In this document: one piece after another, positions 34,341 through 45,335 of the stretch | How the letters are laid out: each line of letters starts with the position of its first letter | Position numbering within the stretch: position 1 is the first letter of the stretch | NCBI GenBank assembly: GCA_038146805.1 | Contig: JAYQSH010000005.1 | Location: forward strand, 297,582-361,581 | Reading direction: 5' to 3' | Length of the DNA: 64,000 bases | Origin: a bacterium | Lineage (GTDB): Bacteria > Cyanobacteriota > Vampirovibrionia > LMEP-6097 | Made by a program: the position numbers and the translations under genes | Notes under the pieces: model-generated | What the model was told of the DNA's origin: nothing | Databases searched by the model: none | The model's input: only the letters and a program-made list of their open reading frames with translations

Positions 34341-35318
34341 ATGGCGGTTGTCGTTAATACAAACATTCAAAGCAATTTTGCTCAAAGAGCTTTGAACAAA
34401 AACACTCTGAGTTTACAGAGGAATTTAGAGCATTTGTCGACTGGTCTGAGAATCAATAAAGCTGCAGATGACGCAGCTGGTTTATCGATCAGCGAAAACT
34501 TGACAGCAAGAATAATGGGATATACAAAATCTAAGCAAAATGCTTCAGATGGAATATCTCTTATTCAAACTACAGAAGGATCACTCGGAATTGTCCAAGA
34601 TCAGCTGCAGAGATTGAGGGAATTAGTCATTCAAGGTTTAAATGGCACAAATTCATCAAAAGAAGCAGATGCTATTCAAAGAGAAATCAATCAAAGAATC
34701 GAAATTATTGGAGACATTAGTAAACAAACTGAATTCAATGGCATAAAAACCATTGATGGAAGCTTTGAAGATCCACTTAATCTACAGGTTGGTGCAAACT
34801 ATGGAGATACAGTATCTATTACCTTAGAAGCTGGTGTTAGCGCACAAAAAGGTATGGTAGTTGATATCAGTTATGCAGTTGACGGAACAACAACAACCAA
34901 TAATTTTGGTCATTTGGTTGAAGGTATCAGCGTAGCGGGCTTTGCACTTGATAAATTACATTTATCAAATGCAACTTCAGTGGATTCATTAGCTGGGTCA
35001 ACAGCTAACGTTGATATTGTAGCTTCAGGAGCAACGACAACTCAAGTTACACTTGGTGACCTTGATACCATAATTGATAACGTTTCAAGAATGCGATCTG
35101 AACTTGGTGCTGTTCAAAACTCACTAGAAGCAAGATTAGATTATTTAGATGTTGCAATTGAAAATTCAGAAGCATCACGTTCTCGAATCAAAGATGTTGA
35201 TTTTGCTTATGAAAGTAGTCAAATGGTGAAAAACCAAATCCTACAACAATCTGCATCAGCAATGTTAGCTCAAGCTAATCAATTGCCATCAATTGCATTA
35301 CAATTACTTGGCGGATAA
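34341..35318 (+). CDS. fliC: Flagellin (paralog 1)
   Basis: LSTGLRINKAADDAAGL N-domain; RSELGAVQN, SRIKDVD and MLAQANQ C-domain. Confidence 0.96.
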   Translation: MAVVVNTNIQSNFAQRALNKNTLSLQRNLEHLSTGLRINKAADDAAGLSISENLTARIMGYTKSKQNASDGISLIQTTEGSLGIVQDQLQRLRELVIQGLNGTNSSKEADAIQREINQRIEIIGDISKQTEFNGIKTIDGSFEDPLNLQVGANYGDTVSITLEAGVSAQKGMVVDISYAVDGTTTTNNFGHLVEGISVAGFALDKLHLSNATSVDSLAGSTANVDIVASGATTTQVTLGDLDTIIDNVSRMRSELGAVQNSLEARLDYLDVAIENSEASRSRIKDVDFAYESSQMVKNQILQQSASAMLAQANQLPSIALQLLGG

Positions 35319-35440
35319 ACCAAAAAGTAAGTAAAAAACTTTACTCATTGCAAACAGCAATAGTAAAAAACGGGAAATACTAACGAACAAAAGGGTAATT
35401 ACTGACATGCCCCCCACAAACCTCTCCCTAGAGGCCTTTG

Positions 35441-35480
35441 AAAGAGCTTACAGCAAATGCTGTAAGCTCTTTATTTTTAT
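35441..35480 (+). terminator. Intrinsic terminator of flagellin 1
   Basis: AAAGAGCTTACAGCA-AA-TGCTGTAAGCTCTTT followed by a T-rich tail. Confidence 0.85.
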
Positions 35481-36600
35481 TAGAAAATATAGTATGAAAA
35501 ATCTAGACTTAAAATACTAAAAACAAAAAGCTCTAAAAACAACAAGAAAAAAAAGACTACTCTATAGATACTAAAAAAAATTTATAAATGAAATTAATCA
35601 AAACTTATGAGCTTTTTGATATACCCAAATAAATTTTTAGTCTTGTTTTAGATGAGATGATTTCTTTTTCTACAAGATTCAATTTAGTAAAAATTATTTA
35701 AGCTAGATGTTATTAACAAATTTCAAGAACCAGGCTTTCAGGTGCCCCAAAAGGCTTCAGCTTAATACTTGTAAATGATGACTTTGAGGCACCAGAGTAA
35801 GGCAGTTATCAGGATTTGTTCACAAGTACATAAGTTACTAAATGAAAAAAACATAGCCTTTATTAGTATGTTTAAACTATTTGGAAATAGAGCCTTAGTA
35901 CCGATTGATACTAAAGTAGTGTTATATATTTTCACTGCGAAACTAAATAAAAATCAGCTTAGTGTAATGAGTTAGTCATATATTTGTTTATTGTTGACTA
36001 ATAAATTAGTTCAGAGATTATAGTTTTGCAGAGAAAAAATATATATAGCTATAAACAAAACCGAATAAAACACAATAGCCCATTAAGAGACTAAAAGCGT
36101 TTGTTTATAAAGTATTGGCTTTAAGCCAATTAGATAGACGCGTACTCTTTAGATTTTAGAGCTATCAAAGTTTTGTTTGTACTATAAAACTACAAAAACT
36201 AAAGCCGTATTAGTGCAAACTAATACTTTATATACTTGCTGCAAGCTTAAAAAAGCTCTGTTGACTGTTGGTATTTGTTAGAGAAACAAAACCAATAGCT
36301 CCATTCTGATTTTTTGCTCTATTTGCTCGCGTATATAAAAGCTGTTTTAGTTTGAAAAAAAATAATAGTAATAAAGAACTAGAATATAAGTTTGAGAGAA
36401 AAAATTTTTTCTAAAAACTATATTTTATCTAGTCAAAAATTACTAGTACTAATAAAGCAAAATTTTGCATTTAATAATTTAGCCCATTTGCTAAATTATT
36501 AAACCTAGCTGTTTTTATAAAATAAATATTTTAACTGATCTCAAGTCTCCTTGGTTTTTACGATAGATGCCTCTGTAAAGGAAATAAAAGGAGGCTCACA

Positions 36601-37608
36601 ATGAGCGTTGTAATAAATACAAATACTCAAAGTATCTTCGCCCAGAGGGCAATTAGAAGAAATACTTTTGATCTACAAAAGAACCTGGAACATCTATCTA
36701 CTGGTTATAGGGTAAATAGAGCATCGGATGATGCAGCAGGTCTTAGTATCGGAAATAAACTCGAAACAAGAATATTAGGGTTTGAAAAAGCAAAACAAAA
36801 TGCTGCAGATGGCATTTCACTTATTCAAACCACAGAAGGAGCAGTTGGAGTAATTCAAGAAAACCTACAAAGAGTTCGGGAATTAGTGGTGCAAGGTATT
36901 AATGGTACTTATGGAACCAATGAGATCAATGCACTACAAAGAGAAATCAACGAAAGAATAAAAATTATTGATGATATCTCTAGTTCCGCTGAATTTAATG
37001 GAATAGAATTACTATCAGGAAACAATTTTGTAACCAATGGTGGAGTCCTTTCTGACACAGTCTTACAAACAGGCTCAGAAAGTGGACAAACAACTACAAT
37101 CAGCTTTGGTTCTGGTATTAAAGCCGGCACTGGTATCAATATCAATGTCGATGCAGAAGTATCAGGAACCACACTCGATTATGGTGAAATGATAGAAGGC
37201 ATTACACAAGTTGGATTTGCATTATCAGAGCTACGATTATCAGGAGCATCTGTTGACTCTTTAGCTGTATCAGATAGTCGTTTTGCTGGAGCAGCAAACG
37301 TTGATATCGCAGCTGTCGCCGGAACAGGAAATATAACTTTAAATGATCTTGATAAAATCATTGATAACATCTCACGAATGAGATCTGAACTGGGTGCAAT
37401 GCAAAATGCACTCGAATCAAAAATGATTTACATGGATGTCGCTGTTGAAAATGCACAAGCATCTAGATCAAGAATTATGGATGTAGATGTTGCTAAAGAA
37501 TCAAGCATGTTAGTGAAGAACCAAATCATTCAACAATCTTCAGCAGCAATGCTTTCACAAGCAAATGCATACCCACAAATAGCTTTACAATTACTACAAC
37601 AAGGGTAA
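36601..37608 (+). CDS. fliC: Flagellin (paralog 2)
   Basis: LSTGYRVNRASDDAAGL, RSELGAMQN, SRIMDVD; AGGAGG RBS. Confidence 0.96.
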   Translation: MSVVINTNTQSIFAQRAIRRNTFDLQKNLEHLSTGYRVNRASDDAAGLSIGNKLETRILGFEKAKQNAADGISLIQTTEGAVGVIQENLQRVRELVVQGINGTYGTNEINALQREINERIKIIDDISSSAEFNGIELLSGNNFVTNGGVLSDTVLQTGSESGQTTTISFGSGIKAGTGININVDAEVSGTTLDYGEMIEGITQVGFALSELRLSGASVDSLAVSDSRFAGAANVDIAAVAGTGNITLNDLDKIIDNISRMRSELGAMQNALESKMIYMDVAVENAQASRSRIMDVDVAKESSMLVKNQIIQQSSAAMLSQANAYPQIALQLLQQG

Positions 37609-37703
37609 TAGTAAGAAGGTTTAAGGCATCAAGCTTTGATATCCTTTACACTATTTATTACAAAACAAAGCGTCCCTTTGTTCAAAGTGAAGTGCCTTAT
37701 TAT

Positions 37704-37742
37704 TGCGTGTTTGACAATAGTCGAACACGCATTTCTTTTTTT
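37704..37742 (+). terminator. Intrinsic terminator of flagellin 2
   Basis: TGCGTGTTTGAC-AATA-GTCGAACACGCA followed by a T-tract. Confidence 0.85.
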
Positions 37743-37812
37743 ATTTGTAATTTTTTTGAAATATCCACTAATCAAACTATATGCTTCTACATAAAAATTC
37801 CGAGAATAATAC

Positions 37813-38028
37813 TTGGCTCTAGGGAAGAGGATCAACCAAACAGTGAAAGATTGGCAATACATTGAAAATTTTTTAAGCGACTATCAAGATCGCATGAGAA
37901 ATTCAAATGAAACAAAAAGCAAATCTTATTCTGAAATAAATGCCATCAAAGAAACAATGAGGCTTTTTTATTATAAAAAAGCCTTGGCAGACATCTCAGA
38001 AGGATCACGCGAACTGAAACAAAATTGA
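37813..38028 (+). CDS. Small hypothetical protein between flagellins (start may be GTG 37843)
   Basis: 71 aa ORF with a purine-rich RBS-like AGGGAAGAGG at 37821-37830 and its own downstream terminator. Confidence 0.55.
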   Translation: MALGKRINQTVKDWQYIENFLSDYQDRMRNSNETKSKSYSEINAIKETMRLFYYKKALADISEGSRELKQN

Positions 38029-38107
38029 TCCTTAATAGCTTTACTCTCCCTAAAAAGAGAGTAATTGTACGAAACGTAACTTACACACCCCTCCCACGAC
38101 ACATCCT

Positions 38108-38152
38108 AAAATAGAGTCTTTCGACTAGTTCAAAGGCTCTATTTTATTTTTT
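38108..38152 (+). terminator. Intrinsic terminator after the small ORF
   Basis: AAAATAGAGTCTTT...AAAGGCTCTATTTT followed by a T-tract. Confidence 0.75.
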
Positions 38153-38229
38153 TCTACAATAAATATATTAGTAATTTTCATAAAATCAATCACTCAGCAT
38201 AAAAGCTTTACTTAAGCTATGGCACATAA

Positions 38230-38251
38230 ATTGAACAGGAGAAAGTTCAAT
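38230..38251 (+). promoter_or_regulatory. RBS hairpin with GGA loop (CsrA-type site) at the flagellin 3 start
   Basis: ATTGAAC-AGGAGAAA-GTTCAAT: 7-bp stem, loop holds the Shine-Dalgarno, stem overlaps the ATG. Confidence 0.5.
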
Positions 38252-39188
38252 GTCACTTGGAGTTCATACAAATATTCATAGCATTTTAGCTCAAAGAGCT
38301 TTAAGGTTAAATACAAGTTCACTAGCAAGTAATATTGAACATTTAGCAACAGGTAGTCGAATTAATAAAGCATCCGAAGATGCAGCCGGCAACAGTATTA
38401 GCAAAAAAATTACAACAGAAATTTTAGGCTTAGGAAAAGCATCACAAAATGTAGCTGATGCAATATCAGCGATTCAAACTGCAGAAGCATCAATTGGCGT
38501 GATCCAAGAAAATATGCAAAGAGTTAGAGAACTATTTGTTCAAGGACTCAATGGCACTAATGGAGCTGTGGAAAAAGGTGCCTTACAAAGAGAAATCAAC
38601 AAACGTATCGAAAATATTTTAGATATTGCTGAAGCAACAGAATTTAACAATAAAGCTTTAATCTATAATGCAAATGATTTAGTAGTACAATCTGGAGCAA
38701 AAAGCGGTGAAATCATGACCCTAAAATTAGCAACTGGCAATAATCCACGTGAAGGGGCGCAAATTGACATTAGTTATGTAGCCAGTAACACCAGCAATGA
38801 TGATTTTGGACAGATCGTTGAAGAAACAAGCACTGGTTTTGCCCTAGATCGTATTTATATCGAGGGTAGCAATGTAAATTCACTAAATTATGATGTGCAT
38901 ACCAGCAATTTTGCAGCAAGTCTTGATGACCTGACACAAGTTATTGATAATTTATCAAGAATGCGATCTTACTTTGGAGCGATACAAAGTGGCTTAGAGA
39001 AAAAATTAGATTATATAAGTTTTGCCGATGAAAATGCTCAATTGAGCAGATCAAAAATCCAAGACACTGATATAGCCAAAGAATCGGCTTTAATGGCACA
39101 GAAACAAATCTTACAACAATCTTCAACAGCAATGATTGCACAAGCAAATGCAATGCCAGAAATAGTATTACAATTAATGCCGCAGTAA
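38250..39188 (+). CDS. fliC: Flagellin (paralog 3, more divergent)
   Basis: LATGSRINKASEDAAG, RSYFGAIQ, SKIQDTD, MIAQAN. Confidence 0.94.
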   Translation: MSLGVHTNIHSILAQRALRLNTSSLASNIEHLATGSRINKASEDAAGNSISKKITTEILGLGKASQNVADAISAIQTAEASIGVIQENMQRVRELFVQGLNGTNGAVEKGALQREINKRIENILDIAEATEFNNKALIYNANDLVVQSGAKSGEIMTLKLATGNNPREGAQIDISYVASNTSNDDFGQIVEETSTGFALDRIYIEGSNVNSLNYDVHTSNFAASLDDLTQVIDNLSRMRSYFGAIQSGLEKKLDYISFADENAQLSRSKIQDTDIAKESALMAQKQILQQSSTAMIAQANAMPEIVLQLMPQ

Positions 39189-39194
39189 CATTTT

Positions 39195-39606
39195 CAAACT
39201 GCTGCTCTAAACTCCACCTGAGTAGTTAAAAAGCATTATAAATAAAGAGTATTAAAGAATTTTTTATGATGACCATAGATATTGCGTAATAACAGAATTT
39301 ATGGGCGTGCTTCCAAACCCGTAATAAGTATCTCGAGTCTTTAGATTTGGGCATAAGTAGGGTTTGGTTAGACACGCCTAACAAAAGAATCAAACACCGT
39401 CGCTTAGTGAGTTTCACGCAGTGAAACAAGCTAAGTTAAAAAGCAACTGATTTCTGACCCCATTTGCTAGTGATTTTAACATTTCACTGTATTTTAAAAT
39501 TCAAAACGGGGTTTGAAATCAGTCCCTTTATCTTTAGTTAAATACAGGTATTTTAAGGCTTTTTTTTCTAATTTTATTTTCAGGTGGAGTTTAGAGCAGC
39601 AGTTTG
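39195..39606. mobile_element. MITE family B (183 bp once the nested A copy is removed)
   Basis: Perfect 27-bp terminal inverted repeats CAAACTGCTGCTCTAAACTCCACCTGA at 39195-39221 and 39580-39606. Confidence 0.85.
39302..39527 (+). mobile_element. MITE family A, long form, nested in B; TTA target duplication
   Basis: GGGCGTGCTTCCAAACCC...GGGGTTTGAAATCAGTCCC flanked by TTA/TTA; near-identical to 39621-39854. Confidence 0.88.
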
Positions 39607-39620
39607 TGTGCAGCATATTC

Positions 39621-39854
39621 AGGGCGTGCTTCCAAACCCGTAATAAGTATCTCGAGTCTTTGGATTTGGGCATAAGTAGGGTTTGGTTAGACACGCCTAA
39701 CAAAAGAATCAAACACCGTCGCTTAGTGAGTTTCACGCAGTGAAACAAGCTAAGCGTAAGGTCGTTTGTGGGACTGATTTCTGACCCCATTTGCTAGTGA
39801 TTTTAACATTTCACTGTATTTTAAAATTCAAAACGGGGTTTGAAATCAGTCCCA
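39621..39854 (+). mobile_element. MITE family A, long form (module 1 + hairpin linker + module 2)
   Basis: Near-identical to the copies at 39302 and 53251; no clear target duplication. Confidence 0.88.
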
Positions 39855-39887
39855 AAATAATTTTAAGAATTCGCTAAAAAAACAGAC

Positions 39888-39918
39888 AAAAAAAAGCCCC
39901 AACAAAAGTTGGGGCTTT
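39888..39918 (-). terminator. Intrinsic terminator of the S-layer-like gene
   Basis: AAAGCCCCAAC-AAAA-GTTGGGGCTTT with an A-run on the left (U-tract on the minus strand). Confidence 0.85.
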
Positions 39919-39953
39919 AAACGAGTCCAAGTAACTAATTACTATTTAATTAA

Positions 39954-42900
39954 TTAGTTAGAGATATCAAGTGTAGATATTCCTCTTCCAGTTACATGGT
40001 ATACACCAAATACTGCATTTTCAGGAACTGAAGCTGCATCTTCCGAAACAACTCTTCTATACTTTTTATCATTTCTAGTTCTATTTCTGAAAGTAACTTC
40101 TTGAACGCTACCGTCATCAGAAACAACATATCCAAAGCCACCATTTCTTAAACGGTTACCTTTGAATATAACTTTAGTAACACCAGACTTCTTACCAGTT
40201 TTATCAAATGCACTTCTTAAGACAGGCTTAGATCTAGTAGAGAAAGTAGGGAATGCTTTATCCATTCCAGTGATTTTCACACTAGGACTTCCTTCAACAT
40301 TCGCAACAAGCGTATTACCAGTTGTTTTCGAGAAGTTAACAATACCTAAGAACTGGTTAGTTGTTCCAGGTACAGCGTAAACAGGTAAACCACCTAGAGT
40401 CAAATCACTCGCAGATGGAGCAAATGCTTCACCGTCTAATCTACCAACTGCAGTTAATTCAAACAATACAGGAGCAGTTCCTTGCTCAGTAATTGTTCCA
40501 ATCGCACTGAAGTTTTGAGCAACCGCAGAAAGAAGCGTTGGCTCAAGGTTTTGATCATTAGCAGTAACAACTACTGTTTGATCAGCACCAGTGATTGAAG
40601 ATGTAGGTGTTTGCGTGATTACCAAAGTATCTCCAGCAGAACCTCTAATAGCAGCAGTAAAGTTACCATCAGCAGTTACAGGAACAGATACTGAATCACC
40701 AGAGTTTGCTTCTACAGTAATTGTAGAACCCGGTTCTAAATCACCTGTTGTTGTAAACACAGTAATTCTTGTGTAAGCAGCTAAACCATTTGTTACAGCA
40801 TCAATATCATCAACAGCAATTGATAACTGAGTGTCATCGCTTAATAAGCTGTACTCAGAAGCTGAATCAACTATTGTAGTTGTAGCATTTGACAACACTG
40901 GAGCACCAGATGCAAACAACAACGACTGATTAGCTGTTGTTAAGGCTGCAGTAGTGTTTGCAATATCATCACCATTAAAGTATGTATTTGCCATACCATT
41001 AGCAGTTGCACTTACAGCAAATGCAATTAATGCAGTTCCATTTGCACCTCTTGTTTCACTAGTAACAGGTACAAATAATCCAGCACTATTTGCTCCAGCT
41101 TTAGAATAAACAATTATATCTTGTGAAGCTGGCTGGAAATTTGAAGTAGTTTTATCTAATGAAATACCACTAAGTCTTATTTCCGAAGATACTAAAGAGT
41201 TATCAGGATCTGCAGAACTAACAGTAAAGCTTAACGATTCATTTGTATTTGTGATAGCACCAAATACTAAGGAATCATCACCAGTATAAATACTAGCTCC
41301 TGCTTCAAAACCAATATTTGCACTATCATTATCTTGCACTTCATTTAGAGCAAGAACAACTGTCGCATTACCTAAAATATTAGGAGTAACACTACTCGAA
41401 CCATTAGATGAAGTAAATACAGCAGCTGGATTTGCTTCTGAAACACAAATATCAGGCAAAGTAATTGCAGCATTGTCAGTACTAATTAATCTAATAGCAG
41501 AACCAACATCTTGAGAGAAGCTAGTTAATAAAGAGCCATTAGCGATCATATCAGAAACTACAGGACCTGAAGCATTACCAGATGTTGATAAAGCATCATC
41601 ACAGTAAGAAATTGTAAATTGGTTTGCACAACCAGTTGCTAATTCAGCAGTACCTAAAGTATCAAGTACAACATCATCAGTAGTTGAATCAGTACCAGCA
41701 TCATCAACCATAGTTACAGTTACTGATCTATCAGCAGCTGAACTTGGAATAATTAATGAATTACTACCAAACACAAGTCCAACAGCATTTTTCACTGTAG
41801 TTGTAGAAGCAGTACCATTTGAACCAAGTTCAACATCAACATATGCCTGAGAACCAGTTTCAGAAACAGTCATATATTTATCAACTGCTGGAGCAGAAAT
41901 GAATGTTCCATTTAGACCATCACCATTCAGTCGAAATTACTGCGACATCATTAGACTTTGCTGTAGCAGAAGTTTTAACTAAATCTAAACCACTTGCTAA
42001 AGTAAATCTAAATACTACATTTGCGCTTTCGCCTCTTGCAGCTTCGAATTCTCCAGCAGTGTTTTCTTCAACTAAAACAGTTCTAGCGAAAGGTTGTTGA
42101 GGAACAGCATTAGGACCTTTTGTAGAAGTACCAATAGTACCACCACAATAAAACGCAGGAATAGTGTCATCAAGTACCGAACCATTTGCAACTAAAGAAG
42201 CAATAGAAGTACTTGTAGCATTAACATTATCTAAGTCAATAGCAACTCTTAATGAAGTAGAATCATCTCCATTTTCAGCAAGTAGACTATCTAACTCACC
42301 ACTAGCTGGTAAAACAGAAACTGTTGCATCAGTGTTAATGTTACCCGCAGCATTAATTCTTGCAATTTCAACCACTTTTGAACCTGCAATATTATTACCA
42401 CTTACAGTAGCAATTAATTTAACACCTTCTGATTTAGAAGTTGAACCTAGAGTAATAGTAGCTTCAGGACGAACTTTAATAGTATCTCTTGAAGTATCAT
42501 ATTTGTTTACTAAAGGCATAATGCTTACAGTCGAACCAGTTAAGTTTGCAACTAAGACAGCGTTGTTTGCAACGTCATCATCAGCAGCATCAACTCCTAA
42601 AGCAGCACCAGTATTATAGTTAACTGTTCCAAAATTAGTAGGACCAATACGAAGTGTAGCAGACGTAAGAGCTTGACCATTCTCAGAACCCACTAAAGCA
42701 AATACAGCGTTACCGCCATTCTTTGTAAGTCTTGCAGTTACTTCATCAGTTACCCAAAGTTGTCCGCCATTAGTAATTTTAACAATCGTTGACCCATTAG
42801 AAATAGCAAAAGGAGCTAAACCACCAGCGCTAGTTAAAGTTGTAGAGTTGAAGTTGAAGTATTTAATACATCAGCAATAGTAGTATCAGCAAATATACCA

Positions 42901-44327
42901 GTCTCTAAAGTACCGTTTAAAACATTTCCATTAGCTCCATTAGAAACCGCAACAAGTGAAGTTGCAAAATCAAAAGCAAAATTTTCATCGATTGAAGTTA
43001 AATCAGTTGCAACACCCAAGGTATCGAAATCGACTGTGCTTAGAGCGCCTGTACCATTTGTAGAATTTGTTAGAACAGCAAGTGCTACACCATTTAAATC
43101 AGCGATAGCTGTACTTCCATTAGTAACTGCTTGTGCAGTTGCACCAAGGTAACCACCGTTCATAGAAACAGAAGCTGCATCAATAGTTAAGGTTGCATCT
43201 GTTGTACCAGTACCAGAAAGAGGCACTAATGAATAGACAACTGTAATTAAAGCATTTGCAGTGTTCGGGAACGCTGTTTCTGAACTTAAAGAAGCATTTA
43301 GAGCACTTGCATCATTACCGTTTTTCACAGCAGATAAAAATGATGAAGTGTTAAAAGGAGTATCATAATAAACACCAGTAGATTTTTCACGAGCTTGAAT
43401 TAATAAAGCTTCAGTGTCTACATAAAGTGTAGTTTGGTTTGTAGTTGCTGTTGTAGTGTAGTTAGGACTCACTTTAACAGTAGAAGAACCACTTGCTAAG
43501 TAATCAGCCAAAACAGAATTTGATTGATTATCAGACTCAGAAGCTAAAGCAACTGAAATTTGACCTTCAGCGTCAGTTGTAGAAGTAGCAATAGTAACTA
43601 AATCACCATTTGATAAATGAAGGTACAGCCTCATTAAAATTATTAACGATTACTTCTCTGTATCTAGTAGCTAGGTCAGTTAAAGTAACTCCAGGCTTTG
43701 TAGCTAAACCAATACCAGTTAAAGTAAGATCTGACTCTCCAGTAGATACGTTAGAACTAGAGTTTGTTATTGTATAAATAACAATCGAACCAGCTGGAAT
43801 ATCTTGACCACCAAAAATGTTGAAGCACCATCTTCAGTAATGATTTTAGCTAAAATAGCCGTATCACCGTTGTAGTACCAGGTAAGTTTGGTAAGAAATT
43901 ACATTAATTTTTGTTCCTGTTAACAAAACCATTATTCTGGGTCAAGAGTATTACCATTTTTACATCATTAATGTATAATTAGCTAAACCAACGAACTCAG
44001 TTCCAACAGTTGAGCTTTTAAAACTAAAACTTTTGTAGAAGTCCAGAAGGAGTAGATAGTGGTTTCAGTAATAAGTTGACCATTCTCAGATACCTCGAAA
44101 GTACCAGTACCAGTATAAGTACCGAAGTAAAGTTCTCCAGCACCATCAGTATCAACAGAAATATTTACAGGGACAACATCTCTATTTGCACCATCTGCAG
44201 TTGAACCAGCGTCTACTAAAACGTTAGGTAACGGAGTTACCGTAGTTAAAGAAGCTGCCTGAGCAGGCATGCTAGTAAATGCAAAGGCAACAAGAAGTAG
44301 AAGGGTTGTTATTTTCCTTAGACTCAT
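39954..44327 (-). CDS. Large secreted S-layer/surface-like protein (about 1,450 aa if rejoined), split by several frameshifts
   Basis: AAGGAG RBS and signal peptide MSLRKITTLLLLVAFAFTSMPAQA; collinear Ala/Thr/Ser/Gly/Val/Asn-rich fragments 43983-44369, 42834-43634, 41920-42693, 39954-41873; basic C-terminus; strong terminator. Confidence 0.7.
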
Positions 44328-44617
44328 TTTTTCTCCTTTATATTTATTTTTTTTCATTTGATTATTCATCTAAAAACTTTTCTAAAAACAAATACAACAT
44401 TGGCATTCATTTTTAGAACTCAGGGTATATACTCTCAAAATTCTTGATAGTGGTCAACACCTGAATAGAGTTTTTTGAAATTTTTAGATTTGATTTTTTT
44501 GCTATTTGTATCACAAAATAGAAACTGTTGATAAATAATAGCTTTCAAGAAAAGTTCCAAATTTTAATTAGAAATTATTAATTGAAATCTTAAAAATGAC
44601 ATAATGTAAAAAGAATA

Positions 44618-45208
44618 ATGATTAGACAAATTACTGGAATTATAAGCAATATTAATCAAAATAACAGCGAGCTTACTATTGTCAACAACGGTATCGGCTT
44701 TGCTGTTAAAAGCAATCTTAAGACTTTGTGTCTTGTCAAACGCAATCAAGAAGCGACTTTGCAGGTTTCGATGCTTGTTAAAGAAGATGGCATTAGCCTC
44801 TATGGTTTTCTAGAACAAGCTCAAAGAGAGATTTTCGAGAAAGTAATTAAAGTTTCTGGTATTGGCCCTAAGTCTGCACTGAGTATTTTGGAGATTTTAA
44901 CTGTCAATGATTTTGTGGCAGCAGTAATTAAAGAAGACGTAAAATTAATTGCTTCGGCACAAGGCATAGGTCCAAAAACTGCTCAAAGATTGATTTTGGA
45001 ATTAAAAACAAGTTTCAAGAAATTAAGCTTTGCCAAAAATGACAACAACGAAGATTTTCACAGCAGAGAAGAAGTTTATGCAATCTTGTCAGAGCTTGGT
45101 TTTAGCTTGCAAGATTTAAATCAAAAACTTAAACAAGCACAAAAGGAAAACCTAGCAGATGATGTTGAAACTCTTGTAAGATTTTGTTTGGCAACGGGCA
45201 AGGCATAA
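44618..45208 (+). CDS. ruvA: Holliday junction branch migration protein RuvA
   Basis: NGIGF, VKED..LYGF, two HhH motifs (VSGIGPKSAL, QGIGPKTAQR), LSELGF. Confidence 0.95.
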   Translation: MIRQITGIISNINQNNSELTIVNNGIGFAVKSNLKTLCLVKRNQEATLQVSMLVKEDGISLYGFLEQAQREIFEKVIKVSGIGPKSALSILEILTVNDFVAAVIKEDVKLIASAQGIGPKTAQRLILELKTSFKKLSFAKNDNNEDFHSREEVYAILSELGFSLQDLNQKLKQAQKENLADDVETLVRFCLATGKA

Positions 45209-45261
45209 AATTTGCAAGTCTGAAAGGATCAGGGAGTGAATCCTTAATATCGCTTTTGCGC

Positions 45262-45335
45262 AAAATGAGACAAAAATAACACGGTCCGAAGTGTCCGAAA
45301 AATGAGACAAAAATGACACGGTCCGAAGTGTCTTA
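45262..45335 (-). repeat. 2 x 37-bp REP-like repeat beginning at the fabF stop codon
   Basis: Minus strand reads TAA-GACACTTCGGACCGTGTCATTTTTGTCTCATTTTTCG-GACACTTCGGACCGTGTT; period 37. Confidence 0.9.

Noticed and set aside
35730-35800. Glycine, SAM or c-di-GMP riboswitch upstream of flagellin 2
   Set aside because: Only CTTTCAGGTGCC resembles a fragment; the other conserved aptamer elements are absent.
34341-39188. Phage-type flagellin remodelling system (TldR/TnpB-derived repressor with guide RNA)
   Set aside because: No TnpB/Cas12-like ORF or phage genes are nearby; the only intervening ORF is 71 aa.
39226-39790. ORFs 39226-39429, 39494-39790 and 39513-39743 (also 56493-56768 and most of 53576-53767) sharing MPKSKDSRYLLRVWKH-type peptides
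   Set aside because: They are chance translations of the MITE A/B sequences; starts and stops differ between copies.
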